Source: Microbotryum violaceum
Lineage: Eukaryota
Assembly: GCA_001244265.2 (NCBI GenBank)
Contig: CDLV01000006.1
Span: 372,001-436,000, forward strand
Reading direction: 5' to 3'
DNA length: 64,000 bases
This document shows, one piece after another, positions 50,744 through 62,678 of the stretch; positions within the stretch are counted from its first letter, which is position 1; the number at the start of each line of letters is the position of its first letter. The position numbers and the translations under genes were made by a program. Under the pieces are notes generated by a model. The model searched no databases, had not been told where the DNA came from, and saw nothing but the letters and a program-made list of their open reading frames with translations.

Positions 50744-52908
50744 TTATAATGGCAGCCCATTGTCGGGATTCATCCCATTCTTGAGCCAGAACTGCACCAT
50801 ATCAGGGTGAGGATCGACCTTCTCTGCCCGCACCGGCTCCTGGTCGGCTTTGGCCATGTCGTTGACGATTTGTATCAGCGACTCCATATGTTGACCATAC
50901 CAACTATTCGCCATGCCATTATCTTGCACGGCTGCAGCATCTGTTATGCGCGAGAAGGAAGATGGATGAAACAAGTACAGGGGTTAGTCGCCTCTCACAA
51001 AGCTTGATGTGGGGGCTCAACAATGCTTGGCAATCAGACTCACAGAACCCGTTTGGTTCATGGATAGGACGCCAGGAAAGATCTTTCTGATACACATCCA
51101 ACCTGTAGATAATGCCCAGGTCAGCTTCAAAGTGTTGACAGGACACAGCGACCACTCGTTTGAATACGTAATTGCACGAACACTTTGCAACCCTCCGCGC
51201 CAGCTTGATCGCGCCATCCGCCTTTCCGGACCTTTTGCGCATTTGCAAACTTTTGTAGACAGTTCTGTGAGGCACGATGAAGGTGGAGATTACTGTGACG
51301 TCAGCTTTGTCAATTTCATGTGCACCAACTGGACCAGACGAGTAGTTATTTGCCTCGAGATCTACGAGAAGTAGGCGCAGTAGAGTCAGCGGGGGCTGCG
51401 TGCGGAGCCCAATTGAACCAACTCACCTCGCCCTATGTAATGGTACATGACCAATGGTTCGAACGCCCGTGTCGGGTGTCTTCCATCAAAGAACGTGCCG
51501 ACTGGAGTAGGCTGTTGTGAATTGTTCATGAGGGTCACTGGATGTCCATTCACGGTGATGATTTTGGCTCTGGACCGGGGTACGTTATCGTGTCGAACCA
51601 AGTGGGCACCCGGCAGAACCCATCCCTGCTTGCCACGCGTATGAATGAGGGTCTGTAGCCGAATGAATAATTTAGCTGGCGTCGAACGTGGCAGCATCTC
51701 ATACCTGGCACGCACCTTCGTAAATTCGAGCTTCTCGTAGTGAGTATTGTGGTAGATATCGCTAAAAACGGCATGAAATAAGACGAAAGGAACGCAAAGA
51801 GACTGTTAACACTCGCCGTCAGGTGCTGCAAACGAGAAATTTTGGGGCTGACGTACCGGAGTGTTTGGTGTTTGAGTACAGAACCGTCCTCAGGCAGTCG
51901 GTCCACGCCTGCGTTCTTCCATGTGACGCGCGATACGACCACAGCGTCGGCGTTCTGATAGAGCCAATTGCTTGCGAGCATTGACCGTAGCGGGGCTTCC
52001 GGCATCTCGTCGATCCGTAACGCTCGATTCGGCGAGCCAGTCAAGACGGGGGTAGGTACGTAAAACTCGTCCACATCGCAATCGAGGATCCACTGCGTCT
52101 TGGTAGCGTGGTATCGACTGCAGTGCTCGAGTGAGTTGATTTGGAAGTTCCCGCCTTGATCTATATTGGCACGTGAACGATGAATGTTTCGCGATCAGAA
52201 AAGAGTTGTCGGTCCATTCTCGGCAGAGAGCCGAGCCGAAAGACTAACTCTTATTCCACACGTGCAGGTGCACGGTCCCCGTGGCAATCCAGGGCTTGAG
52301 CATGTCCATAGTATTATCCGTCGATCCTGTATCGTACCTGTGTAGCCGTTCACTTTCTGTGTCAGCTCTGTGGCCCCGTTACACTGGGAAGGATTCTATT
52401 CTTTAGCCTGACAAATAGAACCTATCGACTCCCATGGCACGATTCTAAGGACGGGCAAAACCCAGCCAAAAATTAGATTGGGGCCGTGTCGAATGCACAG
52501 CACGGGCGAGTACTCACGTAAAGGAGCCATTCGTTGATGAACCGAGCCTCGTTGTGAATGCTGGCACAGATGGCGATTGTCCCGAGGTCTTCGGCCGGGA
52601 CTGTGAGAAGGCTTTCGACGAGCGAGGTCTTCGCCAACGTCGCTTCATTCTCTTCCTTCTGGCGCTCGACAACACTAGGCAGCCCCGCTTCGCTTTGCGG
52701 ACATGTTATTGGAGTCTCGACCTGCGAGGAGCGCGACGACGAGTGGCTAGAATAGAGCAAGTAGCCGCAGAGTATCCCTGCGCAGAACACGGGAATGCAG
52801 GGTTAGACTCTGGGTCAGAAGGGCGCTGATAATCCGCATTTCATCTTTGGTTGAGAGCTCACATGCTAAATAGTGTATACACGGCTTCCACTGGATCTGC
52901 GATCGCAT
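50744..52908 (-). CDS. Type II membrane glycosyltransferase, GT92/GT2_4-like, multi-exon
   Basis: IAICASIHNEARFINEWLLY..GVDRFYLYDTGSTD; QINSLEHC; WILDCDVDEF; LVMYHY. Confidence 0.8.
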
Positions 52909-54446
52909 TCTGTGGAGGCTTGAGGTTTTGCTCGACGTCCGGCGCGGTCAGGCGATCGAGGTGCGGAGGCCGTTCAGGCTCAAAGCTGACGGGACTACCC
53001 GGACTTCAGCCGGCACGCGGAGGCACGCGGGAAAGCGTCACAAACAGTGACGGGCTCGGATGCTGTTGAGGTTGGGTGTAGGAGGAGGCGTTGGTGCAGA
53101 GCTGGTGTTGTCTGGATCACCTCTGTGTCAGGTTGCGAAGGAGTCACTGGATACGTCTACTTAGGGTTGTTCGGTTGGCGAGCGCTTGGGCATTAGCTTG
53201 GCTTGCCTACCGCAGACCTGCTTGCTCCGGCGCAACCTGGCCTCGCCCAACCGCGATAACCTCTGAGAACCCGCCTATGCGCTGGCCGTTGGGGTGTCTC
53301 ACGAGAAGACGCGCGTGTCGATTGTGGCTAAATGCCGAGGGAGCGTGAAAGCCACTACTGATAAGCTCAATCGCGGGCTCCTTGGGAGGCTTACAAGCTA
53401 CAACTTGCCAAAAACTAACCGTGAGCCTGCCCGCAGTCATCATTTTTCTCAAACTAGTTTTTCTCAAATGCCTGCCAGCTCCAGTAGTAGGTGGAAAGGT
53501 GTACCTAGTACTACTAGCTACGGTCGTGGCTGGTGCAGAGGCTTAAAGCAGTAAAAGCTGCACATGACGAGTGTAGGCAGGGCCTGTTGTCCATCTACGT
53601 ACTTTCTGCCTGCTAGAATTCGACATTGGGGTGCAACATTGAAGGCCGGCGAGTGGGGTGACGGACGGTGCCACGCGTTTGTCTGGCTTGAACCGTTTGA
53701 ACCCGGGTGGCCCGATGTCAAGACACGGTCCGTCCACCGGCCCCGTGCCACTACCGATGACGTCTGCGAGGCCAGACGACCTCATTTATAAGAGTAGCTA
53801 ACACTGTCTGAGAGCACCGGGGTGAGCCTGAGCAAATCCTTCCTTATCCTCTCCTCTCCTCTTTCCTTTATTTCTCCTAGATTGTTCTTTCGGAAGTTGA
53901 GTTGTTTCGACACTCGTTGCGCGGGGGAAGGCTGCGCATCCCCACTTCTTTGCCTCGTGGCCTTTTTCTTGTTGGTATGAAACGGAAAGCAGGGTGGACG
54001 CTCAAGAACGTTTAAGTTCCCTGTGGAAGTCTCCCCTTCTCTTGTTTCCTTCTCTCTCCGTTTATCTCTCTCTCTCCTTCTTCCCTTCCCTCTAGAAACT
54101 CTGTGGCTCAGATATTTAATTGACTGCTTTCGAGCCACGCTTTCGGCCCCGACTGGGTCGCGTTGGATGGATCGTTCGTGCCGGGCAAGATATTATTATT
54201 TTATTTTAATCGTAGTGTCTGTCATTATTCTCAACCCTCCGCCGGCCCCGCCCCCATAGAGGAATACTCGGGCACGACTGCCGAGCCTCACTCGAGCTTG
54301 GCACGTGCAAGAAGCTGCAGCGATCATTTTGACCGGATATCCGATCTGTGTAATCCAGTGACTAGGATTTGATCTGGGTCGAAATCTTGCCTCTCTTGTG
54401 TAGCGCTGAAATAATTAGCATTACAGAAGCCGCATCAGCCCTCCGC

Positions 54447-54490
54447 TAAGCTCGAAACCCTCCACTCTGTGGAGGGCTTAGTTGAGCTTA
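54447..54490 (+). mobile_element. 44-bp AcademH-type micro-element with 9-bp TSD
   Basis: TAAGCTCGAAACCCTCCACTCTGTGGAGGGCTTAGTTGAGCTTA flanked by GCCCTCCGC at 54438-54446 and 54491-54499. Confidence 0.85.
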
Positions 54491-54692
54491 GCCCTCCGCC
54501 GAAATCGCTGAGGGCCGAGTCGTCGGTTGAATCTTCCCTACATTGGCACTCAACGCCCGATAATCGCTTGCCGCGAACAGAAGTGGGAGCTCTGTATTGC
54601 AACATGGAAGAAGGTGAACCGTTATTGTAGTTCTCATCGACGCCAGGTAGTGACGTCAAATGAGTCAACAAAGGAGAATTTTATGAGCGTCA

Positions 54693-57600
54693 TCATTCAC
54701 CAGCCCCTTTCGCCGCCAGACGCTTCGCCTTGCGCTCCGCCAAAAAGGCCTCAATCTGTTCTTTCACGTCCGCAGCATCGACAATGTTTTCCCACTTGAG
54801 GGGAACACGATTGAATGGATCGGTCGCATCCGAGAGGTAATGCTGCTTGATCGTACTGCGATCGACAACTGTCTTCGATGATGGCAAGCGCACAGGGTCA
54901 CGCATGATCTCATACGTAAGAGGATCTGCCCACGCCAATTGGAATGCACATCGTCAGGATCGGTTCTAGATCGTGGCCAAATCCCATTCGACTGACCAAG
55001 GAAATCATCGGGTATTTCGCCCATCGCATCGTCCTCCTCCTCCGCCGCTTTGATGACTTCGACTTTCTCGACGAGCTGAACGATCTCTCGCAGCTCCACA
55101 TCGGTCTTGATCGCCGTCTTCCTCGCAATCCTCATGGCTCGATCAAAGAGGTCCTTGGAGTAACTCCGCCCATCCTTGGCCACTGCGTATTGGAATTCGC
55201 TTCTTGGCCCGAGCTCGAGGAAGATCGCCAGCACGTCCGAAAGCAATTCTTTGGGCCGGAAATTGAGCTTCTCCGGTTCACGCACCTTGAGCTCCTGACA
55301 CCTGGGACCGGCGAGCATGCTGAGGTTCATGTCGAGCATCGCCGCCAGCCGATCGACGATCTCAGGCGTCAAGAACGGTTCTTGTGCTTCGCCGGCAAAA
55401 AGCTTCAACAACCTCAGCGACTCCGTGCCGAGATCCAGGTCGCCTCTCACTTGACCCTCGTACTGGCGCAAGAGCTTTTCCTGCTCTTGTCGCTCCGCCA
55501 CCGGTCGCGCATCCCAGGCGGCCCGATCGTCCATTTGCTTTTGAATATCGGCTATCTTAGCAAGATGGCTAAGGGCGTCGTCGAGCAAGTAGGTCGTATC
55601 GTTCATGAGCAAATTCGCGAAGCGCACGTATCGATCCAAATTCCTACACGGCAATTGAACTCTCGGTCAGTACGTCGCCATCTCGGAGCCTGTGCGAGCC
55701 TGTGCGAGCTTTTCGACTCAACTGGCTCTCGAGCTTCAAGGCCTCTCTGTGCGACTGGTTGCTCCACACTAATTTGAAGAGTTGCGTGATGTAGTATCGC
55801 GTGTTGAACTTGTCGTAGAACTGCGTGTGCGATCCCGTAATCTCAATTTCTAGTGAAGTGTGATATGCGACCATGGTCAGGTTGACGTATTCTGGAGCGC
55901 GATCCGTTTATATTTTCTTACCGATGTATGCATGGATAAGGCACGGCATGAGGTGCTTGAGAGCAAGGGGGTTGAAGTTCAAAACGTCGCCGAGGCAACC
56001 AGTGGGATAACGAGGCATGGGTCGGGTAAGGTAGTACATAATCTAGGATCCCCGAGCGGAGCGCTATCATCAATAGGTGCTCAAACACGGTGGAAAGCAC
56101 ACACTCGAAAGCGTACCTCAACGAATTGGCCTTTGAGATATGGGTTCTTCATGTATGGTGTCGAAAGAAACACGAGCATGAACGTGACGAGCTCGTCTTG
56201 CGACTGTTCGGCAAGAACAAGTGGTGCAGCTCTACAACACATACTAGAATCGTGAGTTCGTTGTATGTATAAAGAGAAGTGCACCAGGGGACTGACTTTG
56301 AGGCAAAGCTCAGGAACTCGGTGATGTCCTCAATGAGGAACTCGGGCAACATCCGGAAACCGAGCGGTGTTTCGTCCGGCATGGGTAGTCTGCGAATGGT
56401 CATGCAGGGGGCGTTCTGTAAAGCTGGAGCGAACCACTGGACACTTCACAGTCGCGGATCAACAATCAGACTCACTGAACGCGGACTTGAGGGTGTTGCT
56501 TCTTAGGATCGACTTGGCGCACAAGCCATGCCATGACGAGGTTCGCGAACCCAAGGCAGTTCGACAGATACGTCGTATCAAACAGTTGAACTTGGTACGC
56601 CTCGAGATGACTCTTGAACATCTCTGCCCTCTTTTTGTAGCGCTCGATCTCCGCCAAGGCACGCGCTTCCCCCGGGGTGCCGCGGTAGGTTTGGTCCGTC
56701 TCCATGTCGGCCAACTCACGCGTCATGTGTCGGATCTGTTGCGAGAACCCTTTGTGCTCTTTGATGGCGTGCATAATACCGAGGCGAAAGTAGGTGCAGC
56801 AAAGGAAGAAGACTTCGGAGATGAAATTGACCGGTTCGAGCTGGGCCTCGTCCGCTGCTTGCAAATAATATTCTTCACTCTCGCTTTGGGTCGCGCTCAT
56901 CTTCGTTTCGTCCGCGATATCAATTCGTCGTGATTTCCTGTAGTATAAAGAATCGATCTTGTCAATCTGAAAAGTGAAAGGTGCAGGACAGGCGGTGAGT
57001 GCAAAGATCGGACAAGCGGCAAATGCGGGCTCGGACGACACACCTTGCTGAATTGTGCATCCGTGAAAGGTTGGGCAAACGCGAGCAATGCAGTGTGCAA
57101 ATTGATGATGAAGCCATGGCTCGAGACAGTTCTCGCATCGACGCGCATGGCTGATCGTTTGACGTTGGCCCTGGCCACGTTGCCAAAATAACTCAACACA
57201 GCTTCGCGGGCCACTGGACCTGATCGGACCACGTTGTTCAGAATTTGGAACAAGATGTGCTAAAAGGCGGTATCAAGAAAACATGAGTGCGACAGCCCAG
57301 GGTCTGTGCAGCATGTGAAGCGACGCACCTGAACACCTGAAAGCGTACCTCGCAGACTCTGCGCTGCGCTGTCCAGATTCCCTCGGCCTTGCGTCGACGG
57401 TTCGGGGAAGTAGACCTTGGCGATTGCAGGCTAGAGCAACAGGTAGGGCATATCAAGTCACTGCGAGTCCTGATAGCCCTGGACTGACTTGAAAAACTTA
57501 CGAACGAGTCTGGAAATGCGCTCAAGCGCAGGAATGGACCCAACAGAGAGAGCATCTCAATCAGGGGTGCCTGGGCTTGAGGGGTCCCAGTGACGACCCA

Positions 57601-59363
57601 GTTGTGGCATTGCGGAAGTGTGGAAGCGACGCCTTTGATCTCACTCAAAGTCTGCACAGCGCCGAGCACGCCACGCCAACTGGCCCCATTCGCGCTAGTT
57701 GAGCCGCCAATGTCCACCTTGTGTGCGATCAACTGGGTCCCGAGATATGAGATGAGTGGACCAATCACCTCTTCCAACCCCCCCTCTTCGTCGTTCGCGG
57801 GCGACGGTGTGAACCGACCGGCCAAGTCTTGCAAGAGGGCCGGAAGATCTGTCGACTGTAAAGTGCTCGTTTTCGGGCCCGTGTTGGACATGGGGAGCAG
57901 CAATCCAGCCAATTCCAAGGGCCCAGGTGAAGTGGGTCTGATCGGTGTCAAGGAAGACAGTTTTGAGTGGTAGAAAATTCGCAGACAAGTCAAAGGTACG
58001 TTGAGACTGACGTAGTGTGCTCTTGAGGAAACATGGAGGGGTCAATGAGGACGAGCCCAGTGTAAGACACGATGAGAGCCTTGGCCTTGTTGAGAACTTC
58101 GACGCGCGCGGAAAGGTCTGCGGCCGAAAGATTCTGCGATCGACAAACATCGCTGCGTCAACACATCACCGATCCCTGATCTTGCACTCGACTGGCTAGG
58201 CTTGCAGCGTACTTTGCGGGACAATAGCTTTTGTCGCTCGGCTCGCTCGCGCTTCCAGCATCCGCCGAGATAGCCGAATGAGGTCTGGTTCTCGGGTAGT
58301 GCTGCCACGACGGTGATGATCTCGGGGTCGTCGGTCATGACGCTCGGTGAGAGGGAGAGACGAGCCAGGAGCAGTCGATCGATTGATTCGGCATCGAGTT
58401 TGAGGGGCGTGGCTCGGTCTGCAGGGCGTCAAAGATTTGCTCAGGAGGGTTGTAAACCGCAGGGCCGTAATGTGGGGGTGCGCGCAAGAACGAACCTGGA
58501 GCTGTCTCGGCGGCAATTTCTTCGGCGACGTCCTTGAGGTAGGTGATGGACCAGTTGAAAGCTTCGGCTTGCTCTCTCTGCGTACACGCACCGATATTAG
58601 CGCTTGAACAGGCTCGAGGCAGGTCGAGATAGGAGGTGAACTCGGCTGATTCTCCCTCACATCGAGCGTGACGCGCAACACGGTTTGCAGTGTGGTGTGC
58701 TGCCAGTCCTCAAACGACTCGATCGAAGTCGACCGGGGCAAAGTGGCCTGTGGAGTCGAGGCTCCAACGGCTTTGGAGGTGGAAGGGGTCGGGGTCGGGG
58801 TCGGGATGGGCGTGCTCTTGTTGGACAACGAGGCCTTTCGGACGATCGACAGGAGGGTGCTCTTCAGCTTAGCTCACTCGACTCGGCTCGGCTAGATGCA
58901 GCTGGCTGACAGGCGTTGAATGTAGTGGAAGGGAGTAGGAACTCACTTGCACCGGGGCGGCGGGTAGTACGATGCTCCCCCTTGACTGGGACGGCGACTG
59001 AGACGGAGCTCGAGCAGGAGCAGGAGCGGGAACGGTGGCGCTCGCTCTGGAGGTAGACGTGGTCGAAGTGGAGGCCTCGGACGAGGACGACGACTGCGCT
59101 GGTTGTGACTGCTGCAGCTTGGCCAGCCGTTTCATGCGGATCTGCAGCGAGCGGTAGCCACACGGTCGGTCCGACCAGGATCGGTCATCAGCTCATCGTC
59201 GTCAGCGCCTCGGCGGGCAGGTCGGTCAAGCGGTGCGCCAAATCCACCACACTGCCCTACAAGGCGGTTGGCAAGTGCGAGCAACGCAAGAAGAACCGCC
59301 ACGAAACACCAAGCGGATACACACCTTGTCCTGGTCCGACATGGCGTCATCCGTCGACGACAT
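54693..59363 (-). CDS. UFD2: U-box ubiquitin chain elongation factor E4, multi-exon
   Basis: IRMKRLAKL, LLGPFLRLS, NFISEVFF, KNPYLK, QFYDKFNTRY, FANLLMNDTTYLLD, U-box IPDDFL-DPLTYEIMRDPV..DRSTIKQHYLSDATDPFNR. Confidence 0.95.
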
Positions 59364-59428
59364 TGCGAGCGCGATCCGAGCACGAGTGCGAACACGTCCA
59401 ACTCGATCAAGCGAAACGACGACTCGAC

Positions 59429-59471
59429 TAAGCTCAACTAAGGCCTCCAAGAGTGGAGGGTTTCGAGCGTA
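59429..59471 (-). mobile_element. 43-bp AcademH-type micro-element with 9-bp TSD (opposite orientation)
   Basis: TAAGCTCAACTAAGGCCTCCAAGAGTGGAGGGTTTCGAGCGTA is the reverse complement of 54447-54490 with 3 differences; flanked by CGACTCGAC at 59420-59428 and 59472-59480. Confidence 0.85.
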
Positions 59472-59773
59472 CGACTCGACGCGGGCAGCAGCCGGAGTGA
59501 GCACAAGCTGGCACAAGCCGCTTCGGCCCCGTCCGGCCTGGCAGGCTTTGGGACTGAGTCCTACTGAGTCACACCGAGTCACACCGAGTCCTACGCCGTA
59601 CTAATACCGGATGCGCATCGTAAACTTGAATGCAACAATCCGAATATCAAGCGGTGCATGTTATTATTTCAACCAGCGCAAACGTCACTACTGCCAATAC
59701 GAAATTATCCGGAGGGCCTGCACAAGCGTCTAAAGACGGGGACGGCTCTGAGCACCCGCGGCCAAAATTGACC

Positions 59774-61639
59774 TCACCACCGCGCATCATCCCCGCCGTC
59801 GCTCCCATCGAACAGGTCAGAATCATCATCGTCCCCATCTTCGTCAGGGTAATCATTTCGGTAGTCGTTCTCCTCTGCGAAACCAATCTTCTTCGTTCGA
59901 TCAGTCAATCCGGTCCGAAAATCAGGGTAGCCCGGGGCAGAGACTTAAGTTCCTCACCGTTCGAATCCTGATCATCTTCGTCACCAAGCTCGTCCTGATC
60001 GCTGTCATCCGCTCCCGCACGGAGTAGATCGTCGTCGTCATCGTCATCCAGACCGGCTCTGGGGAGAGGACACAGCGAGTCGGATATCAGCCAAATCGGC
60101 CTCGCTTGAGGAGCAAAATCGAATGCAAGCGACCTCGACGTACAGTTGACCCACTCTCCTCAACCCTTCCGACGAGCCCACATCGATGGTCATGACTGAA
60201 GATCTCAAGTCTCGATAGTACACGTCGTACACGTACTCGTCGTCCTCCGTCTCGCCACCCTCTTTCGCGTCCCCCGGACCCAGGCCCGGCCCCAAGCTTG
60301 GTAACACGATTGCTGGAGCCGAATCAGAGGCACTAGTTGGATCACCGACTGCGAACATAAGTCTCATACGAGCACCCAAAATTCAGTCGGAGAGTCCATT
60401 TTTCCTTCCGGTGGAGGTCTCAAGAGTCAAATTGATTCCACGCACGATTTAGATACTCCTGCAGCATCGGAACGAAACTGGACATGATCTCGTCCTCTTT
60501 CGCTTTCGCTGACGATGTCGTAGTGGGACGTAGTCCACGACTGAGGGCGAGCGAGCATACGGATAAGATACTACTAAGCAATTCATAATCGGCCAAATGG
60601 CTGGCTTACCCCTGTCTTGGGCCCTGATTCGAGAGCTCGTCGCCTTCACCAATCGGCGCGGCTTCGTAGATTCGAAATTGATCGGGCGTTGAGCGGACAC
60701 TCGACGACGCACTGCTGCTGGTGCAATCCGGTTGTTCAGTATTAGGGTCTCTCAGTCTACCAGGTGAGTGTATCACTGCACTCACACAACCTGTGGGGGC
60801 ACCCCACCGCCGAGCTGTCTCCTCCGTCGGGCATCGCTCTCTTGCTCGTATCGGGTTTGACCAATGACGTGGTAGCGTGTCGGTTTCATTGACTCTACAC
60901 CGGTTGGACTGATAAGGTCCCCTGTACGACTGTTGCTGCTTGTAGGTCCACGCTCCAGAGACGTCGGCAGCTTTCGGAGGGTTGCAGCGAGTGTCGGTGG
61001 CTCAACCTGCCGAAAGTCACTTGGGATTGACGGTAATGATCCTGGCCCGATCTGAGGAAGTTGCCCCCGGGACGAATCTTGCGGCTCGCGAAGGAAGGCC
61101 GAAATTCGTTCCTGCATCAGCAATGAACATCATAAACCAAAGCTCGCACGGTAAGCCAGCCGAACTCATCAGCGCTTCCACGCCCCAAGATCTCGAGCTT
61201 TGGCGCTGAACCAGTAAACAGAGGCGTACTCTGAGCTTGCGAGAGGAGGTGTCCGAGTCAAAGGTATCGAGTGGCACGGTTTCGGCGAAATGAAAAACAC
61301 CTGCAAGATCACCACGTCACTCAATCAGGTCCCCTCGTCTCCGACCTGCGAGCTGCCTTGCGGTCAGGAGTGCCACACGACCTACCGCCGGGCGCTGGGG
61401 TGGATGTGTTCGATCTCCGCCGTTTGTGCGTCAGCTGGGATGGCAGCTCGGCTTGTGCACCATCCTGTATGACTGTGTGGGTGCGCGTTGGTATGAGCCT
61501 GCCATGTGTTCGCTGGCAAATCCACCCCGACACGGGTCGGCTAGGCACTGCAAGACGGACCCAGCGCATCCAATGGATCGGCTTGCTCAGTGCGCTTGCG
61601 CTTGATGCGCAGGATAGAGTAAGCAGAGCCAGGCGACAT
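59774..61639 (-). CDS. IWR1: RNA polymerase II nuclear import factor Iwr1, multi-exon
   Basis: ILRIKRKRTEQADPLDAL, EYVYDVYY, DQDSN-EENDYRNDYPDED. Confidence 0.85.
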
Positions 61640-62509
61640 CGCTTTTGTGCTACCACGGTCAGGATCGAGCTCCGCTGAACTTGACGGGAGGCTGAGGAGA
61701 GTGGTCGCGTGGATCGACCAACTTCACGAGCGGTCCGAGCGGCGCGCTCTCGGCGCTGGCATCGCCGTGCAATGTGCAGTGAAGCGAGTCGTCTCGTCGG
61801 CAACTTATTGGGAACCACATGTGCGGGCCTACGTAGGAGGAATACATGAGATTCAGCTACAGTACGGTGTGACTACTCGACTATTCTTCGCCCATGATGG
61901 GCATGTGAGGCTCCTTGTAATGGTCTTGGTGAGCCGAAGTCCAACTCCGGTCCGGCTCAAAGCTAGATCAAGCGCGACTAACGCTGGTCCTCTCACCTTC
62001 CCCTTCGAGAGAGTACGCCGAAACCCGAGCGTCGTCTTCCGAAATCGTTCCATAATGAGAATGAGAATTTGAATTCCAGCTAGTACTAAGTCTACAAAGA
62101 GACGACCGACTCCACCTCGTTCCTCAACCTTCCATCTGCCAACTCGGACATCGGGCATCGTGATCTCTTGCTTGTAGAAAACCTTCCATAACATTCCACG
62201 GCTTTCAATTTGCTATAAAAGCCGGCCATCTGATACTTTCTCCTTTGCTTCCTGCAAGCAACAACTCATACACCTCCTCATACCATAAGTGACAGTGACA
62301 ATAATAAGTGCCCCAGGGTCCGACTTTTGTCACCTATTAGTGACAGGGCCAAAACAATTGGTGACCCAGCCCTAGCCGAGACACCTATGCGGGTCAAATT
62401 AAGCGTGCCCAAAAAACTAGGTCGCGCGCAACGCGTTAAGGCAGCTTTTTTGAAATTTGGCCCAGGAAAACGTTGATACAGGCATGGTATACCTCTAGAA
62501 TCTCGGCGT

Positions 62510-62678
62510 CTGATTCGAGGTGGTTCAATACGTTAGAGCGCTCAGTTAACTATTGCAATGATACCGTGAATACTACGGACCTGATTCGAGGTGGTTCAAT
62601 ACGTTAGAGCGCTCAGTTAACTATTGCAATGATACCGTGAATACTACGGACCTGATTCGAGGTGGTTCAATACGTTAG
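62510..62678. repeat. 71-bp tandem repeat, ~2.4 copies
   Basis: Unit CTGATTCGAGGTGGTTCAATACGTTAGAGCG...ACTACGGAC starts at 62510, 62581 and 62652. Confidence 0.9.

Noticed and set aside
53780-54260. Pyrimidine-rich stretch resembling a solo LTR
   Set aside because: No TG..CA boundaries with TSD could be established
54944-55777. Long antisense ORFs opposite UFD2, GT and DUG2 exons
   Set aside because: Expected shadow ORFs in GC-rich coding DNA, with no independent motifs
29429-59363. Two Cdc48 cofactors (SHP1, UFD2) in one window as a functional cluster
   Set aside because: 23 kb apart with unrelated genes between; likely coincidence
54447-59471. Composite transposon carrying UFD2 between two inverted micro-elements
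   Set aside because: Each micro-element has its own distinct 9-bp TSD, so they are independent insertions
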